Assembly: GCA_964499705.1 (NCBI GenBank)
Contig: CAZCME010000017.1
Coordinates: forward strand, 1 to 64,000
Length of the DNA stretch: 64,000 nt
DNA from: an uncultured bacterium
Lineage (GTDB): Bacteria; UBA8481
Direction of reading: 5' to 3'
Shown here piece after piece: positions 37,649-47,895 of this stretch. A program made the position numbers and the translations under genes. Position 1 is the first letter of the stretch, and each line of letters starts with the position of its first letter. The notes beneath the pieces are model-generated. The model saw only the letters and a program-made list of their open reading frames with translations, did not search any database and was not told where the DNA came from.

Positions 37649-39780
37649 CGAAACGGGTGGTTCCTGCAGTTCGATTTCATTTTTCACATTTCAGCTCGCG
37701 CATGGCGCATTTCGGATCCTGCCTGGTCCTCTTCGCGATCCTGTCGGGATCGGTTCCAGCACGATCCGAGGACGCCGCGGCGCCGCGAAAGACCGCCGCC
37801 TGGGAGGCTCTGAAGGAGGACATCGCGATCGCGCGCGATCGCGTCTTCCCCTCGCTCATCAACATCCGCGTCGTCATCGAGGAGTATGAGGAGGGAGGCA
37901 TCAGGAAGGAGCAGGTCATAGGGAGCGGTGTCATCGTGGGCCTGGAGGAAACCTCCGCGCTCGCTCTCACGAATTACCATGTCGCGGGACGCGCCGTGAA
38001 ACTCATCTGCACGCTCCATAACCAGGAGGAAGTTCCGGCCGAGTTGCTCGGCGAGGATCCTCTCACGGATCTCGCGCTCCTTCGACTCGATCTCTCCTCC
38101 GTTTCCCCCGAGGCGCGCCCCCCCGCCGCCGTGCTCGGCAACTCCGACGATCTCGACGTGGGCGACTACGTGATGGCGATGGGCAGCCCCTGGGCTCTCG
38201 CGCGCTCCGTCACGCTCGGTATCGTCTCCAACAAGGCCCGCGTCTTCGCGAGCGACGAAGGAGACGATTATGAACTGGAGAACGGGGAGCAGACGGGACT
38301 GCTGACCCGATGGATCCAGCACGACGCTTCGATCTCCCCGGGAAATTCCGGAGGCCCGCTCGTCAACCTGAAGGGCGAGGTCATCGGCATCAACGAGCTG
38401 GCGAACATGATCGGCGGCGACATGGGATTCGCGATCCCGTCGAATCTCGCGCGCGACGTCATGCGGAAGCTTGCGGACAGCGGCGAAGTCGAGCGGAGCT
38501 GGATCGGAATCGATGTCCGGCCGATCAACCGCACGGAATTCACGCGAGGCGTCCTGGTCAGCTCCGTCGTCGAAAGCTCCCCCGCCGATATCGCCGGCAT
38601 CCGCGCGGGAGATCTCATCGTCGGGATCGACGGAGCCGAATTCACGGCGCGCTTTCCGGAACACATGCCGCTCTTTCATGCCCGTATCTCCGATAATCCT
38701 CCGGGATCCTCCATCCGTCTCCAGGTGGAACGCGACAGCCGCGTCGAGGAGCGGACCGTCGTCACGGAGAAGCTGAACGACTGGCTCGGCCGCGAGGGCA
38801 TGATCAAGCGGTGGGGGATCACCATCTGCGAGATCACGGAACCCCTGGCGCGCGAGGAGCGGATCGACGATCCGCAGGGCGTCATGGTGACCGACCTCCG
38901 GCAGGGAGGCCCGGCCGTGAAGGCCAATCCGCCGCTCATCCCCGAGGACATCATCCGCCGCGTGAACGGTCACGGCGTGTCGAGCGTGGAAGAACTCCTC
39001 GACCTCGCGGCCGACACCGCGATCGAGAAGGAGGGGAAGATCCTCCTCGACGTGGAGCGGAACCGCGCCCGGCTCATCGTCCTCCTCAAGCCCGAGGATC
39101 CGGAGGAAGTCGTCGACCGGGCGCGCGAATTCAGGAAGGCGTGGCTGGGCGTCGAGGTCCAGGCGATGACGCCCGAATTATCCAGGCGCATCGCGCCGGG
39201 CCAGGCAAGCGGCGTGCGCATCGCGCGCGTGTATGAAGGCACGACCGCCGAAGCCGCGGGCCTTGCCGTGGGCGATATCATCACGGCCCTGAACGGAGAG
39301 CCGCTCCGGATCCGCTACGAACATGAAGCCGGCAACTTCCAGTCGATCCTTTCGGGCATGCGCATCGGCGGCACCACGAAGATCGCGCTTCTGCGGAACG
39401 GAGAGAAGCAGGAGCTCGAAGCGACGCTCGAAGCCGCCCCGCTGCGGGTGGAGGACGCTCGCCGCTTCAAGGACAACACCTTCGACATCGGCGTCCGGGA
39501 GATCACGTTCTACGACCGGATGCGGATGAGGTGGAGCGGCAGGATCGCGGGCGTGCTCGTGGAAAGTTCCGAGCCGGGCGGATGGGCGGGACTGGCCGGA
39601 CTTTCGAGCGGCGACCTGATCGAGAAGATCAACGGGGAGACGACGCCGACGATCGCCGCATTCCGGGCCGTGCTCGATCGCGTCAAGGATGCCCGGTTGA
39701 AGCGCTTCGTTGTCGTCGCGCGCAGGAAGAACAGCACGGATCTTCTGTATGTGGAACCCGAATGGGAGGAGAATGAATGA
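37645..39780 (+). CDS. HtrA/DegP-family serine protease with multiple (about 4) PDZ domains
   Basis: TNYHV, TDLALL and GNSGGP catalytic triad; repeated W(I/L)G PDZ starts. Start may be ATG 37702. Confidence 0.9.
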   Translation: MTKRVVPAVRFHFSHFSSRMAHFGSCLVLFAILSGSVPARSEDAAAPRKTAAWEALKEDIAIARDRVFPSLINIRVVIEEYEEGGIRKEQVIGSGVIVGLEETSALALTNYHVAGRAVKLICTLHNQEEVPAELLGEDPLTDLALLRLDLSSVSPEARPPAAVLGNSDDLDVGDYVMAMGSPWALARSVTLGIVSNKARVFASDEGDDYELENGEQTGLLTRWIQHDASISPGNSGGPLVNLKGEVIGINELANMIGGDMGFAIPSNLARDVMRKLADSGEVERSWIGIDVRPINRTEFTRGVLVSSVVESSPADIAGIRAGDLIVGIDGAEFTARFPEHMPLFHARISDNPPGSSIRLQVERDSRVEERTVVTEKLNDWLGREGMIKRWGITICEITEPLAREERIDDPQGVMVTDLRQGGPAVKANPPLIPEDIIRRVNGHGVSSVEELLDLAADTAIEKEGKILLDVERNRARLIVLLKPEDPEEVVDRAREFRKAWLGVEVQAMTPELSRRIAPGQASGVRIARVYEGTTAEAAGLAVGDIITALNGEPLRIRYEHEAGNFQSILSGMRIGGTTKIALLRNGEKQELEATLEAAPLRVEDARRFKDNTFDIGVREITFYDRMRMRWSGRIAGVLVESSEPGGWAGLAGLSSGDLIEKINGETTPTIAAFRAVLDRVKDARLKRFVVVARRKNSTDLLYVEPEWEENE

Positions 39781-40679
39781 TGACCATCACGAGGAATGCT
39801 CTCGCCGCGACCCTGGTGCTGGCGATCGGCTCCCTGTCCGGAACCGGCATGGCCGCGGACACCGATAAACTTTCCACCGACACCCATGCCGTCATCATCC
39901 CCGCCGCGACGTCGCCCTCCGCTCCGCGTTCCTTCATGCAATCGCTCATGGACCGCACCGCCCCTTCCATCGTCACCGTCTCCTTCACCATCCGGATGAA
40001 GATGAACTTCGGCGCGGAGATGGGCGGCGGGGAACCGCAGGAGATGCATCATGAGATCAACGGCGTGCTCGTGCAGGACGGCATCGTCGTTGTCTCGCTG
40101 ACGCAGTTGAACGGGCCGGCCGGAATGTTCGCGGGCATGATGGCGGGACAGGGAATGCAGATGGAGATCGTTCCGTCGGAATTTCTCGTCGTCTTTCCTG
40201 ACGGCACGGAACTCTCCGCCGAATTGAAAGCCAAGGATTCCGATCTCGATCTCGCCTTCATCCAGCTCACCGGTCCGCGGCGCGAGGACTTCACGGTTTC
40301 GCCGCTCGACCTGTCGGTCACCGGCGCCGAGCCCGAGGCGGGGGACGAAGTCATTCTCGTGAACCGATTTTCGCGCGAGCTGAATTACGAACCGATCTGC
40401 TTCACGACCCGCGTCAGCGGCGTCATCCGGAATCCACGGACACTTCTCGCGATCATGAACACGAGCGACGCCTTCGGATCCTTCACCGCTTCCCCCGCGT
40501 TCAACGCGGAAGGAAAGCTGGTCGGCATCGTCACGTTCCGGCCTTCGCCGGATAACGGATCGGTCCTACCGACGGGACGCGGAGCCCAGCCGAACATGAA
40601 CGCGATGATGAACGCCATCCGGCTCTTCATCCTGCCCGTCGCCGACCTTGTCCGCGCCGTGGAGAAGGCGAAGAGCTAG
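39777..40679 (+). CDS. Trypsin-like peptidase-fold protein lacking catalytic His/Ser (probable pseudoprotease)
   Basis: APSIVTV, DSDLDLAFI and SPAFNAEGKLVGIV match the HtrA fold, but TNxH and GNSGG are absent. ATGA overlap with the upstream protease. Confidence 0.7.
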   Translation: MMTITRNALAATLVLAIGSLSGTGMAADTDKLSTDTHAVIIPAATSPSAPRSFMQSLMDRTAPSIVTVSFTIRMKMNFGAEMGGGEPQEMHHEINGVLVQDGIVVVSLTQLNGPAGMFAGMMAGQGMQMEIVPSEFLVVFPDGTELSAELKAKDSDLDLAFIQLTGPRREDFTVSPLDLSVTGAEPEAGDEVILVNRFSRELNYEPICFTTRVSGVIRNPRTLLAIMNTSDAFGSFTASPAFNAEGKLVGIVTFRPSPDNGSVLPTGRGAQPNMNAMMNAIRLFILPVADLVRAVEKAKS

Positions 40680-40692
40680 AGGATCGGCGGGC

Positions 40693-42522
40693 ATGTCCCG
40701 CGCCATTCTCTTCACGCAGTGCCTCCAGAACGATTTCGTGCAGCCCCTGGGCGCAAACGATCCGTTGCCGAATCTCCTGCATGTCGGTCACGAGGAATCC
40801 CGGCGGCTCCTCGGTGAAAACCCCGCGGACGGGCCCATCGCGCGGCTCATGTCCTGGGCCTACGGCCGGCCCCTCGAACAGCTTGAACTCATTCATCTCC
40901 GCGACTGGCACGATCCCGCCGATCCGCACCAGGCCGCGCATCTGCGGCAGTTCGGCAACCACTGCCTGAAGGAAACAGCGGGCGCGGCGTTCGCATTCCC
41001 CGTTCCGCCCCACGATGGCGCCACCGTCATCGACTCCCTGTCTCTCAACGATTTCGACCGGACTTCCCTCTCCGACCGGCTTGCTCCATACGCCGGCCGG
41101 TCCTTGAAGGTCGGAATCGCGGGCGTCTGGACCGAGGCGAAAGTTTTCTTTCTCGCCTACGAACTCGCGACACGCTTTCCGACATTCTCGATCGCGATCT
41201 GTTCCGCCCTGACCGCCAGTTCCTCCCGCAGCCAGCACTTCATCGCGCTCGACCAGATCGCGCGCCTGCTGGGCGTGGCCGTCATCCCGTCCCAGGGAGG
41301 ATTCATGGAGTTTCTGGGCGGAGATGAAACTTCGTGGGCCTCATGCCGCGCTCCGGCCACGGACCTGCCGCGCGTGGAATTCGAGGACTGGAACAAGACC
41401 GGAGAGGCGGACCGCAACCTCCTTCGCTACATCTTCCGGGACTGCAAGAGCGTCACGCTGCGCGCGCTTGCGGGAGGATTCTCGGGCAACCTGGTCCTGG
41501 GCGCCGAGAGCACGGACCTCTTCGGCCACCGACAGGCGCCGCACGTCGTGAAGATCGGCCCCCGGGATGCGATCGGCCGCGAGCGAACCGCGTTCGAAAG
41601 AATCGAGTCCGTCCTCGGGAATACCGCGCCGCGCATCGCGGACTTCGCGGACTCCGGGGAGCGGGGCGCGCTGAAGTACCGCTATGCATCGATGAGCGGA
41701 GGAGCTTCGACGACGATCCAGAAGCTCTACCGGGACGGAATCCCGGTGGACGAGCTTCGCGGGATTCTCCGCACCGTCTTCGTGGAACAGCTCGGCCGTT
41801 TCTATTCCGCCGCGACTCGCGAATCCGTCAATCTCCTCGACTACTACTCCTTCAGACCGGATATGGCTCCGCGAGTGCGCGAGCGCGTCGAGGCGATACT
41901 CGGCGCTCCCGCCGCCGGCGAATCGCTCACCCTGCCGGGAAGGATCACGTGTCCCAATCTCTGCCTCTTCTATGAAAACGATCTCGCCCGATTTCCCTCG
42001 ACGCGGCGGGACGCCTGTCTCTTCTCGTACGTTCACGGGGACTTGAACGGGGCGAATATCATCGTGGATGGGAACAGGAACGTCTGGATCATCGATTTTT
42101 TCCACGCGCATCGCGGCCACGCGCTGCGCGACCTGGCGAAATTCGAAAACGATCTCCTCTATATTTTCACGCCGGTCACGAACGAGGACGATCTGCGCGA
42201 ATCGGCGCGGTTGTCGGACCTCATCCTCGGCGTGGAGAACCTCCATCTTCCCCTGCCGCCCGTGGAAACGGTCGGGCTGACCCGGCCGGCGATGATCCGC
42301 GCCTATGAAACCATCCTGCTCCTGCGATCCTTCTACTCCGGCCTCCTGCCCTCGGACGGCGATCCGCTGCAATTGCTGATCGCCCAGTTGCGATATGCGG
42401 TCCATACGTTATCCTTCGACGAACCCGACGCCCTTCAGAAGAAATGGGCGCTTTACACCGCGGGCTGTTGCAGCGCCGCCGTCAGGAACCGGATGACGAA
42501 GAGGGCGGAGATGAAAGGATGA
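40693..42522 (+). CDS. Isochorismatase/nicotinamidase-like domain fused to an APH/protein-kinase-like phosphotransferase
   Basis: N-terminal QCLQNDF, RDWH, HCL and GVWTEAKV; C-terminal GGFSG, VVK, HGDLNGANI and IIDF. Confidence 0.8.
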   Translation: MSRAILFTQCLQNDFVQPLGANDPLPNLLHVGHEESRRLLGENPADGPIARLMSWAYGRPLEQLELIHLRDWHDPADPHQAAHLRQFGNHCLKETAGAAFAFPVPPHDGATVIDSLSLNDFDRTSLSDRLAPYAGRSLKVGIAGVWTEAKVFFLAYELATRFPTFSIAICSALTASSSRSQHFIALDQIARLLGVAVIPSQGGFMEFLGGDETSWASCRAPATDLPRVEFEDWNKTGEADRNLLRYIFRDCKSVTLRALAGGFSGNLVLGAESTDLFGHRQAPHVVKIGPRDAIGRERTAFERIESVLGNTAPRIADFADSGERGALKYRYASMSGGASTTIQKLYRDGIPVDELRGILRTVFVEQLGRFYSAATRESVNLLDYYSFRPDMAPRVRERVEAILGAPAAGESLTLPGRITCPNLCLFYENDLARFPSTRRDACLFSYVHGDLNGANIIVDGNRNVWIIDFFHAHRGHALRDLAKFENDLLYIFTPVTNEDDLRESARLSDLILGVENLHLPLPPVETVGLTRPAMIRAYETILLLRSFYSGLLPSDGDPLQLLIAQLRYAVHTLSFDEPDALQKKWALYTAGCCSAAVRNRMTKRAEMKG

Positions 42523-42526
42523 TCTT

Positions 42527-44128
42527 GTGATCGAGTTGAATTGGCCGGATGCTCCGGCGGACCGGGATCCGGGGACATACCGCGGCGGAATGCGGTTTCT
42601 CGTGGATGGGGAGATCCGGGAGTGGACCGGCGCATCGGTGAACGTGATGTCGCCGCTTTACCAGAGAAGCGCCCAAGGACTCGAACAACGCCTGCTGGGA
42701 CCGAGCGCGCTGCCGGACGCCTCGTGCGCGAAGGCCGCCCTGAGCGCGGCTGTGAAGGCCTTCGGGCGCGGCCGAGGATCCTGGCCGACGGCGCCGGTCG
42801 CGGAACGAATCCGCGCTACGGAAAAATTTCTCGACGGCATGAAGGCCCGACGCCTGGAAATGGCGCGGCTCATCACGTGGGAAATTTCAAAACCGTGGAA
42901 GGACTCGCTCGCGGAAGTCGACCGGACGATCGAATACGGCGTGGCGACGATCGAGGCCCTGAAGGATGTGGACCGCGTCTCCAGCCGGTTCGTTCTCGAA
43001 TCCGGTTTTCTCGCCCAGATCCGGCGATCTCCCATCGGCGTCGCGCTCTGCATGGGTCCGTACAACTATCCGCTGAACGAAACCTTCACGACGCTGCTGC
43101 CCGCGCTCATCATGGGCAATACCGTCATCGCGAAGCTCCCCCGCTTCGGTCTCCTCTGCCAGATGCCGCTCCTTGAAGCCTTCGCCGAATCGTTTCCGCC
43201 CGGCGTCATCAACATCCTGCCCGGCGACGGACAGACGGTCATCACGCCGATCATCGCGTCCGGCGAAATCGATCTCCTCGCCTTCATCGGTTCCGCGCGG
43301 GTCGCCAACATCCTGAAGCAGCAGCATCCGCGCCCGAACAAGCTGAGGAGCGTTCTGGGGCTTGGAGCGAAGAACGCGGCCGTCGTCCTGGCGGACGCCG
43401 ATCTCGAAAAGGCCGTTCCCGAATGCGTAAGCGGAGCGCTCACGTTCAACGGGCAGCGCTGCACGGCATTGAAGGTCTTCTTCGTCCAGAGAAAGATCGC
43501 CGACGAATTTGCGCGACGGGTCGCGGAAGGCGTGGCGCAGCTGAAACATGGCCTGCCCTTCGAGGACGGCGTCTCCTTGACACCCCTGCCCGATCATGCG
43601 ACGGTTTCCAACATGACGAAGATGATGGAGGACGCGGTCTCCAGGGGCGCGCGAATCGTCAATGAAAACGGAGGTTCGACGGACAGGACCTACTTCCACC
43701 CGGCCGTCGTGTATCCCGTGACGGAATCGATGGAGCTCTGGCGGCGGGAGCAGTTCGGCCCGATCGTCCCGATCGCGGTCTTCGACGAGATCGACGAGAT
43801 CTTCGAATACCTCGCCGGATCGGCGCACGGCCAGCAGGCCTCCGTCTTCGGCAAGGATCCCGCCGTGATCGGACGGCTTGTCGACGAGCTCGCCAACCAG
43901 GTCTGCCGCGTCAACCTGAACAGCCAGTGCCGCCGGGGCCCGGACGCGTTCCCCTTCGGCGGCCGGAAAGATTCCGCGGAAGGCACGCTCTCCGTCTCCG
44001 ATGCGCTCCGCGTCTTCTCCATCCGCACGCTCGTGGCCGCCGTGGAGAACGACGCGAACACGGAGCTGGTGCAGGAGATCGTGCGCGGACGGACCTCCCG
44101 GTTTCTGACGACGGATTATCTCTTCTGA
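42527..44128 (+). CDS. gapN: Aldehyde dehydrogenase, probable NADP-dependent non-phosphorylating GAPDH
   Basis: MGPYNYPLNET, FIGS, FNGQRCTA (Cys), EQFGP, NSQCRRGPD.FPFGGRKDS and TLSVSDALRVFS motifs. Confidence 0.85.
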   Translation: MIELNWPDAPADRDPGTYRGGMRFLVDGEIREWTGASVNVMSPLYQRSAQGLEQRLLGPSALPDASCAKAALSAAVKAFGRGRGSWPTAPVAERIRATEKFLDGMKARRLEMARLITWEISKPWKDSLAEVDRTIEYGVATIEALKDVDRVSSRFVLESGFLAQIRRSPIGVALCMGPYNYPLNETFTTLLPALIMGNTVIAKLPRFGLLCQMPLLEAFAESFPPGVINILPGDGQTVITPIIASGEIDLLAFIGSARVANILKQQHPRPNKLRSVLGLGAKNAAVVLADADLEKAVPECVSGALTFNGQRCTALKVFFVQRKIADEFARRVAEGVAQLKHGLPFEDGVSLTPLPDHATVSNMTKMMEDAVSRGARIVNENGGSTDRTYFHPAVVYPVTESMELWRREQFGPIVPIAVFDEIDEIFEYLAGSAHGQQASVFGKDPAVIGRLVDELANQVCRVNLNSQCRRGPDAFPFGGRKDSAEGTLSVSDALRVFSIRTLVAAVENDANTELVQEIVRGRTSRFLTTDYLF

Positions 44129-44601
44129 TGAAGGTCCAGAATGTCGCTCCGTTCGTCGACGCCGCCGCTTATGTGCTCGAACAATGCATCCCGGACGCGC
44201 GGATCAGGAGAGGCGAACTGAAGTTCAGCACCGATCCCCACATATCCGCCGGCATCACGACCTTCATCGGCCTCACCGGAACTCTTCGTGGTCGCGTCGT
44301 GTACGACATGAGCAAGCAGACGGCGATCTCCATCGCGTCGGAGATGAACAACGAGAAGCAGGTCGGCATGAACACGCTCGTGCGATCCACCATCAGCGAG
44401 CTGGCGAACATGATGACCGGCAATGCCGCGACGCGCCTGAACCAGTCAGGCCAGGATGTCGACATCACGCCTCCCACTTTCATCATCGGAACGGAGACGG
44501 AGGTCTACTCGTACAAATCGATGGGCCACCTCATCGTCCCGATCGAGACCCGGTGCGGACTGCTCATACTGTCGCTTTCCGTGACGGATGAGCAGGGCTG
44601 A
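44128..44601 (+). CDS. cheX: CheX-family phosphatase
   Basis: PFVDAA, IGLTGTLRG, SELANMMTG (ExxN) and DITPP motifs; ATG overlaps the gapN TGA. Confidence 0.88.
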   Translation: MKVQNVAPFVDAAAYVLEQCIPDARIRRGELKFSTDPHISAGITTFIGLTGTLRGRVVYDMSKQTAISIASEMNNEKQVGMNTLVRSTISELANMMTGNAATRLNQSGQDVDITPPTFIIGTETEVYSYKSMGHLIVPIETRCGLLILSLSVTDEQG

Positions 44602-44623
44602 TCCGCTCTCCTATTTTTTTTCG
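44525..44623 (+). repeat. 99-bp direct repeat, copy 1 (cheX 3' end plus convergent junction)
   Basis: Identical to 50101-50199 except at 4 positions. Confidence 0.95.
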
Positions 44624-44742
44624 AGTTAGCACGGCCGTTTTTTCCGAAAAGCGGCGCGCTTACGTGATTAATATCACCTTTTTTGTAGCTTGCCTTGAGA
44701 TAACGGTCACACCTAAGATCCTGTCATGGTTCTATTCGACCG

Positions 44743-47226
44743 ATGGTATCCTTGACACGTCCGCACCGATGGTCGCTCGTTATCCTTTTCTCGCTTTCTT
44801 CCTCGATCTCCGCGGGCGCCGTGGTGCCGACCTCGGCGGACCTGCGCGTCAACGCGGCGTGGGGACTTCCGACACCGATTCCGATCGGTGCTCCATTTCA
44901 GCTCAACAACATCCAGGTCATCAATAACGGCCGCGATACGGTCGTCGAGGCGCAACTCGTCCTGACGGTGACCAGGAACGGAGCCACGGTCTTCACTTCG
45001 ACGCAGATCATCCGGAATCTGCTCCGACGGATGTCGGCGCTGCGGAACTGCACCGGCATCATCCTGCCCGAACCCGGGGATTACACCTTCCGGGTCGAGG
45101 CGCGTTTCAGCGGCGCGAGCGCGGGCATGACGGACACGAATCGCGCGAACAACGTGATGACGATGACACGCAACGTGGCGCTGCAATCGGCGGATATCGC
45201 CATCACCGGCATCTCCGTGCCGGAACAGATCACGATCGGCCGGCCCCTGCCGGATGTCACAGCGACGCTCCGAAATCACGGGCCCACCGTGGTGTCGATA
45301 AGCCACATGGTGCTCACCATCCTGCGGGATGGCGGGATCGTGGATACGAGGATTTTCGCGTGCTATAACCTCGCGTCCGGTCAGCAGGCTGATCATCTCT
45401 TCTCGGGCCTCCCTTTCGCCGACGCGGGCGAGTACACTTTTCAGTGCGAGGCCCGGTTCAGCGGCGCCAGCACCGCTCTGATCGACGAAAACGCGGCGAA
45501 TAATACACGTTCCGAGATCAGGTCGGCTCTTCTCCCCGTCGCGGATCTCGAGGTCACGGAGATCACCGTTCCCGCGACGATCATCGCCGGGCAGAGTTAT
45601 GCGAATGTAACCGCCAGTCTCAGGAATAACGGTCCGTATCCGGTGACGGCGTGCACCTTCACATCGACTCTTCTTCGATCGGGGAATCAGCAGATTAATC
45701 AGAACGCCATTCCGAATCTGAATCTCGCGTCCGGTCAGCAATCCACTCTTGTCTTTCGAAATCCCTTTGTCGCGGAACCGGGCGAATATACCTTTTCGCT
45801 CGAAGTCGCGCTCTCGCCGGGCAGTTCCCCGACGATCGACACGAATCCCGCGAACAACGTGAAGTCCGTCAACCGCACGGTCGCGGAGCCTCCGCCAGCG
45901 GCGGCCGATCTCGAGGTCGTTCACGTTGGATTCCAGCGTTCGCCCAACCTCGGTCCTGGCAACATCTTGACGATGAGAATCAGGAACAACGGGCCCGCCA
46001 CCACTCCCGGTGACGGCGTATTGCTTGCCGCGCGGCTGGAAAAGGATGGCGAACGGATCTTCGCCAATCAAACAACGTGCGGGCTGGCGTTGACGCCCGG
46101 CGCTTTCTGGAGCTTCTCGACGCCGCCGTTCGAGATCAGCACGGAGCCGGACGTTTACACTCTCGTTGGCGAGGCGACGCTGACGGGGCCGGGCGCCGCC
46201 CTCTCCGACACGAACGAGGCGAATTCCGCGAGGCGCGAAACCGCGTCGATCGGGCTGGCGGATGGATCGAGGCTCGCGCGGATCCGTGTCGCGCGGCTTG
46301 ATGTGCCGCCGGCCGGGAGCACGAACGGCCAGACCGGTTTCGAAGTTGCGATCGCCAATGGAGACAGAAACATGGCGAATCCTCCGGTTGCCGGCTTCTC
46401 GCTCGTGACGCGGATCTGCCCGGCTGGGAATCCCGGCCGCGTCGTTTTCGAGCGAAGGGAACCGGACCTATCTCTGGATCCCGGACAGAATCGCTCCTTC
46501 TCCTACACCCATCAGTTCGAGGAGGGCGACGTCTACTCGGTGACATGCCAGATCGAGACCACTCCCGCGATCGTTCTCGCCAACGCCGCTACCGCGAAAA
46601 GGACTTCTTCTATCAATATTCGGTTCATCGCGAGAGCTCCGGTTTCGGCCGATCTGGCGATCGAATCCGTCGATTCGCTGGGGCGTCCACGAGTCGGTAG
46701 CGGGAATCAGGCGCGCGTGGTTGTGAAAAATAATGGGCCGGACACGGTCGCGGACGGATATATCTTCGTTCAAGGCCGGGATGCCGGAAAGAATATCATA
46801 GGAGGCGGCGCGCGCGTCGGCTTCGAAAAACCTCTGAAGCCGGGGGAGACAGTGGCGCTCGTCGCGCGCGATCTCCAAGTGGCGCAGGGCAACGGCGGCT
46901 CTTTCGCGGCTGAGGTCGACTTCGCGGGCGCGGCCGCGGGCATGATCGACGCCGTTCCCGCGAATAACCGGCGAAGCAGGTCCTTCACGAGGATCGAGAT
47001 GGCATTTCAACCGATGAGGTTCGCCGTCGAAAGATTCGAGTTCACCGGCCGGGATCAGGAGCGCGTACAGATAGAATTCGCCCCCATGAATCTCCGGCTT
47101 CAACCCTTTCAATTTACCGGGCGCGGATTTCAGCCGATCACGCTGACAACGCGCCCTTATGAATTCACGGGCGAGGATGCTTTGCCCAACGATCTGGCTC
47201 CGAACAATCAGGAGGTATTGCGATGA
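44743..47226 (+). CDS. Secreted CARDB/Ig-repeat protein
   Basis: Signal peptide; about 6 repeats starting ADL/ADI, containing NNG/NHG and PGEYTF and ending D.NxANN; three short C-terminal FxP..(F/Y)xFTG repeats. Confidence 0.8.
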   Translation: MVSLTRPHRWSLVILFSLSSSISAGAVVPTSADLRVNAAWGLPTPIPIGAPFQLNNIQVINNGRDTVVEAQLVLTVTRNGATVFTSTQIIRNLLRRMSALRNCTGIILPEPGDYTFRVEARFSGASAGMTDTNRANNVMTMTRNVALQSADIAITGISVPEQITIGRPLPDVTATLRNHGPTVVSISHMVLTILRDGGIVDTRIFACYNLASGQQADHLFSGLPFADAGEYTFQCEARFSGASTALIDENAANNTRSEIRSALLPVADLEVTEITVPATIIAGQSYANVTASLRNNGPYPVTACTFTSTLLRSGNQQINQNAIPNLNLASGQQSTLVFRNPFVAEPGEYTFSLEVALSPGSSPTIDTNPANNVKSVNRTVAEPPPAAADLEVVHVGFQRSPNLGPGNILTMRIRNNGPATTPGDGVLLAARLEKDGERIFANQTTCGLALTPGAFWSFSTPPFEISTEPDVYTLVGEATLTGPGAALSDTNEANSARRETASIGLADGSRLARIRVARLDVPPAGSTNGQTGFEVAIANGDRNMANPPVAGFSLVTRICPAGNPGRVVFERREPDLSLDPGQNRSFSYTHQFEEGDVYSVTCQIETTPAIVLANAATAKRTSSINIRFIARAPVSADLAIESVDSLGRPRVGSGNQARVVVKNNGPDTVADGYIFVQGRDAGKNIIGGGARVGFEKPLKPGETVALVARDLQVAQGNGGSFAAEVDFAGAAAGMIDAVPANNRRSRSFTRIEMAFQPMRFAVERFEFTGRDQERVQIEFAPMNLRLQPFQFTGRGFQPITLTTRPYEFTGEDALPNDLAPNNQEVLR

Positions 47227-47795
47227 AAAAATGGCGCTTTTGGGAATTTTCGTTTGTGATCGTCGGGATGGCGATCCTCTTTTTCGCGTCGGGCGGCGAT
47301 GCCGGAAAAAAATTCTACTCGGGGGGTGATGATCAGGCACAGGCCAATCGTCAGAATATCCTCATCGAGGTGGGAGACGGATCGGACTTCGTCGCCACGG
47401 TTCCAGTCAACTTGCACAATATCCATCCTCTTGTCCGCGCGGTTGTGCTCACCGCCTCTCTGCAGAATTTTCTCGAACGCGACGGCCAGAACGCGTCGGG
47501 CGCGGCGGATGGAGCCCGTGTGACGGTCTCCCGAAGCGTCGTATTGCCACGGGACACGGATATCGTTCGCGATGTCGTGATCGGCATGGCGATCCCGGAT
47601 ACCTATACGAATTCGGATCTACCGTACTATGACGTCACGATGGAGTTCGAGGTGACGGAGGCGGGCGATACAGTGTACCGCGTTCCCATTCCCGCGGATG
47701 ATCAACGCGCCGGTGCGGCGGCAAATCGCCATCTCACGGCGCGTGGCGGAGCGCCGTTGTATTTCACCGAGAACGGAAACGCCCCGCAGCCGTGA
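47223..47795 (+). CDS. Hypothetical exported protein
   Basis: GGAGG SD, ATGA overlap with the upstream gene, N-terminal hydrophobic segment. Confidence 0.65.
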   Translation: MKKWRFWEFSFVIVGMAILFFASGGDAGKKFYSGGDDQAQANRQNILIEVGDGSDFVATVPVNLHNIHPLVRAVVLTASLQNFLERDGQNASGAADGARVTVSRSVVLPRDTDIVRDVVIGMAIPDTYTNSDLPYYDVTMEFEVTEAGDTVYRVPIPADDQRAGAAANRHLTARGGAPLYFTENGNAPQP

Positions 47796-47895
47796 CGGTG
47801 GCTGCGCCTGGCGAATAGTCGAAACGCGTTCGACCGGAGTCCGTAGCCCTTTGCATCCGTTGAGCGCCGTCGTCTCCCGACAAATCGAGACCTGA

